Shown: positions 12,806 to 24,827 of the stretch, piece after piece
Numbering within the stretch: position 1 is the stretch's first letter
How the letters are laid out: the number at the start of each line of letters is the position of its first letter
Source of the DNA: Tricharina praecox
Taxonomy: Eukaryota
Assembly: GCF_024521635.1 (NCBI RefSeq)
Contig: NW_026250447.1
Coordinates: 62,001 to 126,000, forward strand
Reading direction: 5' to 3'
Length of the DNA stretch: 64,000 bases
Program-made: the position numbers and the translations under genes
Notes under the pieces: generated by a model
Databases searched by the model: none
What the model saw: the letters and a program-made list of their open reading frames with translations, nothing else
Told to the model about the DNA's origin: nothing

Positions 12806-12862
12806 CCGCCATTTCGTTCCCTTCCGCTGGCATTTCGTTCCCTCCCGCCATTTCGTTCCCCC
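12806..12862. repeat. Short tandem repeat, three copies of (C/G)CATTTCGTTCCC
   Basis: ccgccatttcgttccc / ggcatttcgttccc / ccgccatttcgttccc. Confidence 0.7.
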
Positions 12863-13140
12863 ACTGATCCTCCTGTACTACTCCCACCAGGTGCTCTCCT
12901 ATACACCTCCGCCCTTAAAGCCGTCATATGCCGCCCTCCCGCCGCTTCGAGTCCGCCGCTCGCCATCGTAACTTCGAAATGACTTTCGAAAGCCGACACG
13001 TTTGTCACGACGTACCTAGAATTAGAAAGCTGAAAGGTTTAGCTTTAGTACGTCCACATCTGGGGACTCATTCCAGTGACAAAGCTTGCGTGTAAACTGA
13101 ACATACCTCACTGAGCGCGTTTATAATGGAACAACAGGGG

Positions 13141-16100
13141 CTAATCGGAGTCATCAACTGCCTGCGCAGGCACGATCGAGGCATTGCCGGAACTACGTTT
13201 CCAATCCAAGATGTTGGTCACACTTGCTATTGCCCTAAGAGTAGTGGGATGCTCGTGTCCGAGTACCTTCTCATAGCCGTCAATTACCCGCTGATACCAC
13301 ACCAACGCCTTGTCACGATCCCCCTGCACGGTAAACAAGGCGGCCATGTCTCTGGCGGTGTCGAGAGTGTCTGGATGGTCTTTTCCAAGGGTCTTCTCCT
13401 TGCTGTCAAGCGCCCGCTGATACCACATCAACGCCTTGCCATAATCTCCCCACGAGGTAAACAACAGAGCCATGTCTGTAACGGTGCCGAGAGTGTCTAG
13501 GTGATCGTTTCCGAGGATCTTCTCCTTGCCCTCAAGCGCCCGCTGATACCACACCAGCGCCTTGTCACGATCCCCATGGAAGGTAAACACATCGGCCATG
13601 TCGTGGACGGTGTCGAGAGTGTCCCGATGGTCCTTTCCGAGGGTCTTCTCTCTGCCGTCAAGCGCCCACTGATACCACACCAGCGCCTTGCCATAGTTCC
13701 CCTGCGATGTAAACACGCAGGCCATGTCGCTGACGGTGCGGAGAGTGTCTGGATGATCTTTTCCGTGGATCTTCTCTCTGCTGTCAAGCGCCCACTGATA
13801 CCACTCCAACGCCTTGCCATGATTCCCTTGCGAGGTAAACATGTCGGCCATGTCTGTGACGGTGTCGAGAGTGTCTGCATGATCTTTTCCGAGGATCTTC
13901 TCCTTGCCCTCAAGCGCCCGCTGATAAAACAATGACGCCTTGTCATAATCCCGCTGTAATTTAAACACCCCAGCCATGTCTGTAATAGTGTTGAGAGTGT
14001 GTAGGTGATCTTTTCCGAGGGCCTTCTCTCTGCCGTCAAGCGCCCGCTGATACCACACCAACGCCTTGTCATAATCCGCCAAGTACAAAAACCCTATGGC
14101 CATGTAGCTGACGATTCTGAGAGTGTCTGGGTGTTCTTTTCCGAGGGTGTTCTCCCATAAGTCAAGCTGCTTTTGGAGCCCGACTAAAGCACCGGGAAAA
14201 TCCCCTTTGTCTAACATAAAAAGGCTTAAAAGTATTTTTAAGTTGCGAGGAGGATTACTAATGGTGGCATTCCCGTCGTGGCTCACTACGGCCGCTGCGT
14301 GGGGGAAAAGGTATAAGCACCGTGCGTAATTTCCAAACATATCATGTGGGAAATTGTTGCTCAACATCTCAGAAATGATTTTTAGAAGATGATTTCTCCG
14401 ATGTGGGTCATCGGAATCCATTTTTGTCCGGATGTATAATCCGACAAGGCGGTGTAGACGAAAACTTGGGCTTTCGAGTTTGTAGATCAGGGCAAAGGAG
14501 ATAAGTGGACCAAAGGCTTTTTTGAATCGTACGTCACTTTGGTTGCTGAGGAATGGTAGACCTCTCAGTAATTCTTCGGATATGTCGTCTGAACTGAGAA
14601 AGCTCATATATTCCAGCAACTTCACCGAATCAGGGCTCGTATCCTGGATTTTACTAAAGGTGAGTCTCCACGTTGTCATCACCGCGCGCGACTCCGGTCT
14701 GCGGTCCAGATTTGTCGACGGTAATTGCTCCTCCAACAGCTCCCGTTGATTGCGCTCACATTCCTTGAACATCTCCATGTAGGCCAGAACTCCTACCCTG
14801 GTAACTCGTATAAATGCAGCCGCCTGTTCTATTGCTAGAGGCAACTTCTCCAAATGGCTCAGAAGCTCGAAAATATGGTGCGAGGGGGCTTCATCGATAG
14901 ACAAGAGTTTTGAGAACATCTCAACTCCTTCCGCTTCGGTCATCGCATTAATATCCACGCCAGCATCTGGGGGGACGTATGCACGGTTTAGGACGATCGC
15001 TCCATCGCGTGTTCCGTATAAGATCGCTCCACGTTGTATTGGAAGATATTTCTCGGGGTACGAGTCGATGTCGTCGAAATTGTCGATGATCATAATCCAG
15101 TTACCGCTGGCCGGACTGTCTAGCCACTTCTTGACCTCCCCCAACCCTTGCCTCGAAGGCTCGCCTCGAGTCGTTCCGTGCCCATCAATAGCTTGTTTTT
15201 GATGCCCATCGTCACTCAAAACACCCGCTTCCTTTCCCAACTCCAGATAACTCATGTTGAAGGCTTCGTGAGATTCCCCGTGTATCCAGAAGATGTGATC
15301 GCCTGGTTGTGCTTTCTTCCACCGGCGACAGAACTCGATTGCAATTGTCGTTTTCCTGGAAGGTATTAGCACCAGTTCGACACTAGATGACAACGCTCCC
15401 TAAACGTGGAGTCATACCCAACTCCTCCGAGTCCATGCATTGCAGCACGCCGTGGCCTTTCACCGTCGGGGCTTAGTAGATTTTCGAGCCGGCTCAGTAC
15501 CTCCTCTCTCCCAACGAAACATGAATTCGCCCACGAGGGGGCCATGAATATAGGCTCCTTAGGTACTACACTACCTCGTCAGTATCGGTACCGGGAACAG
15601 TCGCAATACTTAGGAAAGCCAAGAAAGGAAAGACTTGATGCATATCCTCTCCTCGCTCCTCTTGCCCATCCCGCGGCTCAAACGTCAATGCATTTGCAGT
15701 CCACATACCTTCGTGTTTCCGTGGTGGCGTTTCAACTTTCGGTACTCGAGCTTCGACAATGCCTGGAGCTTTCGCGACACACTGCGAGAGTCTCTCTCTT
15801 ATTATGCTGTAGCGATGGTCGAAGGGATCGGTGAATTTCACCATGCTTAAGTGGTCGGCATCGATCCCTAGCTGCATGTGGATCGGATCGGTGGGTAGAG
15901 CGTACGTTGCTGAGTCCTGTGTGACAACCCGTATCATTTCGCCTGTTATCCAACGTCCCGTTCGGGGGTCCACGATCACAGCTTGGGTGTCCCTGAGCTC
16001 ATAACACGACGTTATCTGGCAGCCTTCGAGCTGGACGGATTGTGTGAAACGTTGATACGCCTGTCGTAGGAGTTCCGAGCCTTCTCTCAGGTCATTGACG

Positions 16101-17131
16101 AAGTATTCATTATTCTGGTCTTGCACCAGCGTCCGTAGATTCCTGATATTAAGTCCTCGATTGGGAACGCCGAAGAAAAAGAGACCAGTGCACGAGCGCA
16201 AGATGGCTTTATCTTTTTCGTACTCTTCTTTCTGCTGGGATGCATCTGCGAGTGCCTAGGTAATATCGGTAGTTGGTAAGAATCAAGGGCGCCAATGAGA
16301 AGTGGGAATGATGTTGCCCCACCTGTTTGATGATCAAACCACCGATGCTATGGCCTATGAAAATGAGGGGACGGTGCCGCTCCTGAGATCATTTGTCAAC
16401 CGGCGGATTCCACAACACATACATGTGTACCCCTGCTGTTCACTTACATTGTCACCTGTACGCTCACCGCTCAGGCTGTCAAACAGCGCTCGCGCGTAGT
16501 CCTGAATGGAAGGAGTAGCGGTGGTGTCGATGAGGCCCGAGTCATAGCCAAAGGTCAGAATCCGCACGCTCTGACCTCGTGTTTCCAGATCTGATGGCAA
16601 AAAGTCCCGTAGCCACATCCACGGTCCGCCGGGCGAGGTCCATGACTCGTATGCATGTCCGGCGAGGCCTGTGACGGCAACAATACTAGAAATACTGATC
16701 AGCTCTACCGAATATTGTATGTAGTGTACGCTGAGGGGGCAGCGAAGTGGGCATTACTCCACCGTGGGCTCTTCTGCGCAATACAACGGCGTCATCCCGA
16801 GAAAGACACAGTCAACGACTAGGCTCATGGTCGATCCTGGGTGTTGAAGGTAGATTCTGTTGCCTGGAGTGCATCCAGAAAGTCCCGTGGTCTCCCCTTC
16901 CGTAAGAGTAACCGTCGCTACCGCGTAATCCTTTGAAGGAACCATCGATAGTCCAAAACCATGATATCCGATTAGTTCCTGAAGATAGACTTCAAAATCA
17001 TCCTTCGATACTGTCAGCGGGATCCCGGAGATCCGCAGTGTTCGAGCTGGAGTCTGTGGGGGCGACGCAGACCGTCGCGCCGGCGACGGTAGCCTTTGCT
17101 CGTGATGGTCTAGTTTCTGGCGTTTTGGCAT
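13141..17131 (-). CDS. Fungal NLR: N-terminal domain + SesB-like alpha/beta hydrolase + NB-ARC + TPR repeats, multi-exon
   Basis: Spliced exons give DIVAVTGLAGHAYESW, MWLRDFLP..RILTFGYDS and RPLIFIGHSIGGLIIKQ (nucleophile elbow). FVGREEV precedes a Walker A, MHGLGGVG|KT, split by an intron near 15357-15419; then Walker B WIMIIDNFDD, KLPLAIEQAA, LHRLV, and seven 42-aa TPR units LGKDHxDTL...ALxWYQRAL. Confidence 0.92.
13230..14146 (-). repeat. 126-bp intragenic tandem repeats encoding TPR motifs (~7 copies, high internal conservation)
   Basis: Recurring aagcgccc(g/a)ctgataccacac..cgccttg at 126-nt spacing. Confidence 0.92.
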
Positions 17132-17710
17132 CGCAGTAACTGATTATTGCCGATATCGTGCTTCTGGCGGCAGCCGCGTATCACCGATACACGCACCTCT
17201 GCAGCCCACCTCTCCACGGAACCGTTCTGCTGGCGAGTCGACGGCTACTATAGAGATGTGGCTAGTAAGTTTGGACGGTGCAACAAGGCGGCGACGGTTC
17301 TTCGAGATCGGGAATGCTGTAGTTATGATGGGTATGCTGGCAGCTGGAGTACTCGTGTACGTGCCGAGGCGGCTATATATGTAGTCACGACGTGTGCGGG
17401 GCCCGGGCAATCTAAGCGAGATTCCGGGGGGCTCTTAATGGGGGACTGCGCGCGTCGGCACGTGACCTTCTGGCATCACCACCACCCATTGGCCATGATC
17501 ATCGAAAAATTCACAAGGCCTACCAATGCTCACGGTAGCGTACGTTATCATCTAGATACCTGACAGACTGGAAGTTACCCGACATAATGCACATCCTCGC
17601 ATCGACGAAACTAGTCTGTGTGGCGTGGTGCGCACAGCAGACTGGAGGCCTGTCGACGATCAGAAATTACCAGATGTGACGTTGGAAACGTCAGGACTTT
17701 GGAGTCTGTT

Positions 17711-18161
17711 CAGTGTTCTACGTAGACCAGACCGGTCGGCCGACCGGTCTGGTCGGTCGGGAAATATCCAGATCCGACCGTGGCTTTGGTTGGTCGGGAT
17801 GAAATTAAGTAGACCCGATCTAGGCTTTGGTAGGTCGGGATATATCCCGACCGACCAGACCTTGCCAGGCTCGGTCGGCTCAGGTCGGCCGACGTCGGAT
17901 TAACTGTTAACTCTATCAGCCGCAAAATTTTCCTCAGTTTCCGGCAGTAGTTAGAGCGTTTCCGACGTCAAATGTTGTTTCTTAGCCAGGCTTATCCCGA
18001 CCTATGCGCGGTCGGTTGGGATATTTCCCGGCCCGACCTGATAAATCTATGTTCTGGACATATCCCGACCCAACCAGACCTGAAATTTTTGGGTCGGGAT
18101 ATATGCCGATCCGACCAGACCGTACCTAAATGTGGTCGGGACTGGTCTATGTAGAACATTG
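17711..18161. mobile_element. MITE / non-autonomous hAT-like element
   Basis: Terminal inverted repeats CAGTGTTCTACGTAGACCAG ... CTGGTCTATGTAGAACATTG; many internal GGTCGGGATAT/ATATCCCGACC sub-terminal motifs in both orientations; second copy at 45373-45469. No 8-bp TSD visible. Confidence 0.85.
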
Positions 18162-18706
18162 GCTGCCGGAGGTCAACGATATTATGTACTGCTGTAGCGT
18201 TATCGTCGACGTAAGGCTGCATCTCTACTACTGCAGACTCTGGAGTCTGTGAGGTTTCAGCATGGACCGTACTCTCCAAGCAACGATCATCGGGGAAATC
18301 CGATTTTGCGTTGTGTTTGTAGACCCCTCCCAACGCATGCAACTCTGCTAACGTAGCCTGACTCGTGCTTAAACTGTTCTTTATCTTCTAATGTTATTGG
18401 TGCGACTGATGGGATTTTGCTTTTTTTAGGCAGTGCGACCACATCATTCCAGAATGACAATGCGCACAGCAGCCCGTGACTGGAATTCATTCTCCATCAA
18501 ACGACAAGTCACCGCCAAGTGGTGGAATCGATTCGTGAGGCTGAGCCCCTCGCAATGAAAATCACCCTCAGCTGCAGTATAATTCCTGCGTTCCCCCTAG
18601 GTACTTCAGCGATTGCCATCTCCTGATTCATTCTCACCGATATCTATTGCACGACCGACTACTACAAGTTCCAACTCACCAAATACACGGCCGTCTCCGC
18701 CCCACC

Positions 18707-20449
18707 ATGATCACCTACTCCCTCAAACCATCGCCGTGGAGGTGGTGTCTTGCGATTGCGCTTCTTTTCGGCAGTCTTGCAACGTCAGTCATCGGCGGCC
18801 CGCTTATGAACCTGACTGTCACGGTTCCCAGTGGCTCGACCACCTATGGCCGCCCCGGCTTGATCTGTGTTCCGACCGATTGGAAGGATATCGTGCAATT
18901 GTGAGCCACTGCTATCATACTAACAAGATCTGTTGGGAGAATCGCTAAAAAACAGCCCGAAAGCCTCTTGTTGAACTATGTGTCCCACGTCGCCTCCCTC
19001 AGATTCGGCCCCTGGCAGTCCTTCACATCATCGCTATTCAGCTGCCTGGTCTCACTGTGCTCTCCCTTCTACGGTATAATTATGAACTTGGACGTACTTT
19101 TCCGCTGCGCGATCTCCTCGAAGGATCCGCTGGAAAGAGCAGCACTGGCTGAAGCTCTGTGTGTCGTCTGCCGCAATGACAAGTGGAGACCATCCGATGG
19201 CCAAGTAATCGAGAACGCAAGGTTGATAGTGTCTAACAGGTAATGCACCTAGGGTCAGGCTCTGATGATGGGGTGGGGAGGTGGGGCAGTGTGGGGCTCT
19301 GTTAACTGGAAGTTTGCCATGCAGTGCATCTACCGGAAACACGGTAACCTTCAAGGTAGCGCATAACAATAGATACCGGGACGTGGCGGTGGTGGCCCGG
19401 GTCGGTAATAATGTCCACGGCGTTTGCGAGCTACCAGAGGGCTATGCACTGATATGCATTCACCGTGCTACCGTTATCCCGACCGGCGAGACGACAAGCA
19501 ACAAGATCACTCTATCTTCCGAGTACAACATTCCGAAGATCATTGCAGCAATATTTCAGACGGTATTCGGATCATTTACGCTGTATCGAGCCCGCGGAAT
19601 TCAGGTATTCGACTCTCCGCCATCGAGATGCAGAGACGTCGACTGACTTTCGTCTACTACTAGGTGGATCGTTATGGCTACGCAGCTTTCGGCCTCACCG
19701 TCTTCCCATATATCCTCATGTCCTTGGTCAACTTGGCTATCCACCTTGTCACTCCGAGCTACCCATCAATTTATCTCGTCCATTCTCCGGAAATGGACGA
19801 GGCAAGGGACCGCGGGGGCATCTTTGAGGGCTACATTGGAAAGGTGATTCCCAGGCTCTACATGCATGCCGGCGAGGCTCTGGGAGGCGAATGTTCCGGG
19901 AAATTCAAACTTGACAAAGCTGGCAACCCATCCGGGCGGTTTATCTTCCGCGTCCACGGCGCAGCGTCTTGCGCTAGCACTGGAGACAGCAATGACGACG
20001 CATCGATACCTCTTGCAGCCCTATCGACGGAAGGCAGCCTAAAGGACTCCGATGCCATATGGACCGAGGAAATCGATCCTACCACCGACGCGGCCGCCAT
20101 CCTGTTAGTTCCTATGACATCACCCTTTGAAGTCGGAGAAGGTCGACGATTCTGGGGGGAGATGAGAAACGCAGCTCCGTTAAGAATAGTGGCACTTATA
20201 ATGATGATCCTCTGCTTCCTTCCCATGCTTCTCCTTACCCGTTTCGAGAAACGAGAAAGCACAGTTCCACAGCGCTTTTGGACCTTGTTCTGGCTCACCT
20301 TCAATGCTTTGTGGATTGTTTCAAGCATAATTTGGAGTAGGTGGTGGATCATAGCGGTGGTATTTTTCATTTCCCCAGTTGCGTTTATCGGGGGATTGAC
20401 AGTGGTCTGTCAGATGCTGGAAGAGCATGGCTCCTGTATCCGAGTCTGA
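18707..20449 (+). CDS. Uncharacterised multi-pass membrane protein with N-terminal signal/TM segment, multi-exon
   Basis: Hydrophobic N-terminus, LICVPTDWKDIVQF (donor GTGAGC 18901), LNYVSHVAS..LERAALAEALCVV, VHGVCELPEGYAL..YNIPK, DRYGYAAFGLTVFPYILMSLVNL, and a C-terminal TM cluster ending EHGSCIRV. Consecutive exon-like ORFs with GT-AG junctions. Confidence 0.75.
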
Positions 20450-21022
20450 TTCTCCTTTGAAGTGGGGGCGGAGGCCGGTGTGGCGATTCGTATATTTTTC
20501 AATTTTTCAATTTATTTATTTTGGTTCAGAAGAGTATCAGTAGCTCGGAAGTCCCTGGATAGTATAAATGCGACTTGGTGTTTCCAACTGCGTTAAGGTT
20601 CCCGGTGAAAGACGCGACAAATCGGGCTGTTTGCGACAATTCTGCAACCCCACTTTCACTGTTCCAACGATCAAGATAAACCATTCACACTATATGGATA
20701 TCATATCTATAGTCATGTTGTTTTTACAACACAAAATCAAACCCTTCCCCTACCCCTCACCACCGTCCCGCTCCCCACCTTTCCCGGATGTAGGTATAAT
20801 ACTGGGTACCGGTACTGCCTACAGTGCGGACATCCCATCACTTGATTAAGTCAAGAGTCAATAAAAAAAGTCTCGTGTGCCAAGAATTCTACAACCCCAA
20901 TTCTATTCTCCATCCTCGCAGTCTATCAGCTCCACCACACATCAGCCACCCAGTAATTTTATACAGCAACTACACTAACTACCACCTCACCCCATTATTC
21001 TAGCAGCATCCCCATTGCGCAT

Positions 21023-21922
21023 CTAAAGCAGCTCGGCCTCTCCGGGGATCAAGGTCCCGTTCTGAGTGGCGTAACCGTGCCCGCGGGCGAGATAGCCGTA
21101 GGCAGGAAGGTACCTATTGAGTTTGGTCAGAACTGCGGGGACAGTAATGGTGGGGGAGGGGACTCACTGGTCGAAGAAGGGCAGGACGGTGGCCGCGCCA
21201 GGGGTGCTCCTCCAGTCACGCATCAGCTCGAGCGCGATAGCGAACATGCCCGTGGTGGTGACGCCGGCGTCGCGCATGCGCGCATTCGCCTCGTCCGCGA
21301 TGCGCTTGTTGAACGTGCCCGAGGCGTCGGTGTTGGCCCAGACCTCGTAGCCGGCCTCGCGGAGGGACAGGGCGAGGAACGTAGTGCAGACCTGTGGGGG
21401 GTCAGCATTCGGATCGGTAGGCACGGGTAGCAAGCGGGAGAAGACTCACGTCGGTGGTGATGCCGGCGAGGATCACTTGGCTCTTGCCCGTGGCCTTGAC
21501 GGCGGCGCGGAACTCGGCGTTGTCCCAGGCGTTGACCTCGCCGTGGCGCATCACGAGCGGCGCGTTCGGGTGCATCGCGATGATCTCCTTGGGCAGCGGG
21601 CCGTTGGGGCCGTCTTGGGCGCTGGTGGTCAGGATCGTCGGGATGTCGAACAGCGGCCCGATCGCGGAGTGTGCGAGCGCGTGGTTGCGGTACTCCTCGG
21701 GGGAGGTGTCGCGCGCCATCTGGAATAGTCCCACTTGGATGTCGACCACTAGGAGCATCGTGTCGTTCTTGTTCAGGCGCTTGTAGACAAAGTCTGGGGG
21801 GGGTGTGTTAGCCTGGGTAAGGAGAGGAAGGGGCCCAGGAGGCGGTGGAGTGGTATGTTCATACCTTTGCCTTCAACTGCGGCGATGGCAGAGAGCGAAA
21901 GGAGTGCGACGAGGAACTTCAT
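21023..21922 (-). CDS. Secreted isochorismatase-family (YcaC-like) cysteine hydrolase, multi-exon
   Basis: Signal peptide MKFLVALLSLSAIAAVEG; LLVVDIQVGLF, TTSAQDGPNGPL, RHGEVNAWDN, AGITTD|VCT (catalytic Cys across an intron), DASGT, ELMRDWR; TAG at 21023-21025. Confidence 0.9.
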
Positions 21923-24827
21923 TTTGAGGAATTTGGAATTAAGATTGAATGTGCTTTGCTTGTGGTGAGAGGAGCTGGTAGTGAGCAGGTGGATGATGAA
22001 GGAATTGGACTGGAGCGAGAGAGGCGGGTCTTATACCTCGAAGTCCAAAGCCCAAGATACTCACACGGAGTAGTAGTCCTAGTCTGCATGGTACTCGTAT
22101 TGCCACCCCCCCCCCTCTCCCCCCCCCGCCCAACTGTATTAACCTCTCCCGAGGGGCCGGGAGTTGTGGGACCGTTGCATCTCAGGGATCACTCAACACT
22201 CTGTGGGTCGTTTGGCTGCGGGGGTGGGGGCGGCCTAAACGCCGTAATCTGGAATTCGGGAATCCTTAAAAACTGCCGCTCAGTTCATGCAATGATCATA
22301 AGCACGCAGCTCGTAGGCCTCGGGCCTTCCTACCAGCGGTACAATGGTACATAGCAATCCAATAGGTAATGCTCTTCTGTTTGAAGGATTGCTGGCTGGC
22401 TGGATGTCAGACACGTGCCGCACAGTTCCCCGTACTTTCTAGGTATCTGCATTGCAGCGTCCTGGAAGGGACTCCGGGGGTCTCGAGTCAGTCTAGCTAC
22501 CGTCATTCTTTCCATAAAGGAACACATCCAAGGTTTGCCGCACGTGCATGCGGAAGGGCACATGGATGGTAGAATACCAATCATCCAGGGAGCCCATTGT
22601 TGAGTCTCGACTCTCAATCCCGCCCCCTTCCGCAGTGAGGCGTAGGAGAAAAACCTCCCGAAGGGACCCATCTAAAGCGGTTTTCTCTGATGAATGTCGA
22701 CAAAGTCGCTTAGTGGGCCATTCCTATTTCCGACTGAGCCCAGCGGATAATCCTGCCCGCAGGCTATGTACGTACAGCAGATGGATTGCTCCGATTATTC
22801 CGTATAGCCGGTATGCTTACTCCGCGCCCCCGGCCGACGGGCACAGCGAATCATTCGCCCCTCCATCTCGGCGACTGATTGGTCGGATAAGCGATTCGCT
22901 TCGTATCCCCGACGACCGACGACCGACGGCGTTTGGTGCGGCGTTTGGAGGCGTGGTCGAAGCGACCGGCGTTAGTTAGTTAGCTTCTAAAATCTCATGC
23001 CGCTCGTATATATGTGGCCATACAGAAGTAAGAGGTAAGTTCCCCACTAGCACACGGTGAACCTGGTACTCTCCGGTCCAGGCCCGTGTATGCCCGGGAC
23101 CGAATATTTGTCACTTTGTTCCAATCATGATTCATGTGCCGAATGTCAGTTCACTTGACGGATATACTTAAAATTGTGGCGAGTTGGGTATTTTTGTTTC
23201 ATACCGTTACGTTTCTATACCCGCGACTAGAGAGTCGCTACGCCACCGGCTCATCCAGATACCTAGCTCGCGATGTCGCGTTAGGCACACGGGCAATGCT
23301 TATCACTCCTTACTTCATCATCAAAGCTTAATCGAACGGATGGCTTGCTAGAGTTGATGCACATATCTTTCCAACTTGCATGGACCAAGCGCAATTTCGG
23401 ATGAAACCAAAGATCATCGGCCTCACAGTATTGTTTTTGTGAAAATATTCATCAATCTGAGAGCTAGTGAGGTGAACCCCACATAGAGGACCGACAGTGG
23501 TATGTGCATTGTACACCTTCCTCCCGCGGGACATGGGCATCGTGCCCCAGTTCTCCCTACCCGACCGACCGACCGACCGATATTTTCGGTGATACCGGTA
23601 TGTGTGCTCACCCGGCGGCGGCTGAGTTCCTGGCCAGTACTCTAGACCGCGAGAAAAATTCCGTCGTCGTGCTTACTACTATATCTACATTTTGCTTGCT
23701 CACCAAGCCTTCCTCGTTTGTAAGATCACCATAAGCACTGCTCGGATAAGACTAGCACTTAGTTACTAGCGTAAGTGGGCACATTTCTGCCGTCCTGTAT
23801 GTAAGTAAGTTCTTATATATGATGACTTTCCCACGGGGTGATTACGGTCCTATCCGCAGGAACCCGTCACGCTTATGAGATCGATTCGGCACGTCAAGTA
23901 GGTCGGGTCTTAGATCTCGCTAGCACTGGTAGGTACGTGCATGATAGATTGCCTGCAAAATCTTTTCCGTGGCGACCGCAGTCTGTAGTAAAATCATGGT
24001 CGATAGCTGAGGAATTTAGTGCCGTGACAGTGCGGTGAATAATCCTTCTGGAACAGAGTTGGCTATGTGGAACACCGAGCGGCCCACGGTCAGTACTGTA
24101 GTACCTACTCTATTGATGTGACAACTGATCAGCCGCCACAGACGGCACCGCCACAATAGCACCGCCACAGTGGGTGATATCCGGTACAATCCCAGACAGC
24201 TTACAGGTCGACGTCCTCACAGCAGACAGACGCCCGGATACCGGTTCAACGGGGACGTCTGCGGGAGCTCTCCATCGCACCAATCCGCTCATCCACCAGT
24301 CCGCAGGGTGAGACGTCCGGAAACCCGCCGGAGGATGTGGCGTCTTTTGTTGCACCCAAACTTCCATCTATGTACAAACAGGAGATTGCGTGCTTGGTAG
24401 GGCCCGTTCCTCTTTGTATGCTTTGATTTACGAGAGGCTACGTCAGTGACGGTGACGGCGGACGTTCACGTCGCCACTGCCCTGGAAACATGAAGTGTAC
24501 CTGGGGCCACACATAGAAGTACATGGGCACATATGAATTTCTTGAAAGGATATTCAATCGATTGCAGTTCTCAACCCCGGCTGCTCCGACCGCTCCCATC
24601 TTCCGATCCCTCCGTCTTCTGTGCGTCCTGCGACTCCTCCGTCCGTTATCCCACATCATCCACTCACTCCCTTCTCCTCCAACTGATTTAGCCATCCCAA
24701 CCTCTCTAACCCCTCCAAGCCCTGCAGATGCTTCTCTTGTCACCCCCAGCTGCCCAGGATCCCCCCGGCGCACCCGACTACCGCGACCCGTCCGACCAAC
24801 CCGATGCCCCTAACTCATCCCGTCGGG

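Noticed and set aside
15566..15710. Amyloid signalling motif between hydrolase and NB-ARC, or at HET termini
   Set aside because: No N/Q/G-rich pseudo-repeat of the HRAM, sigma or PP type is visible; the segment looks like linker/intron.
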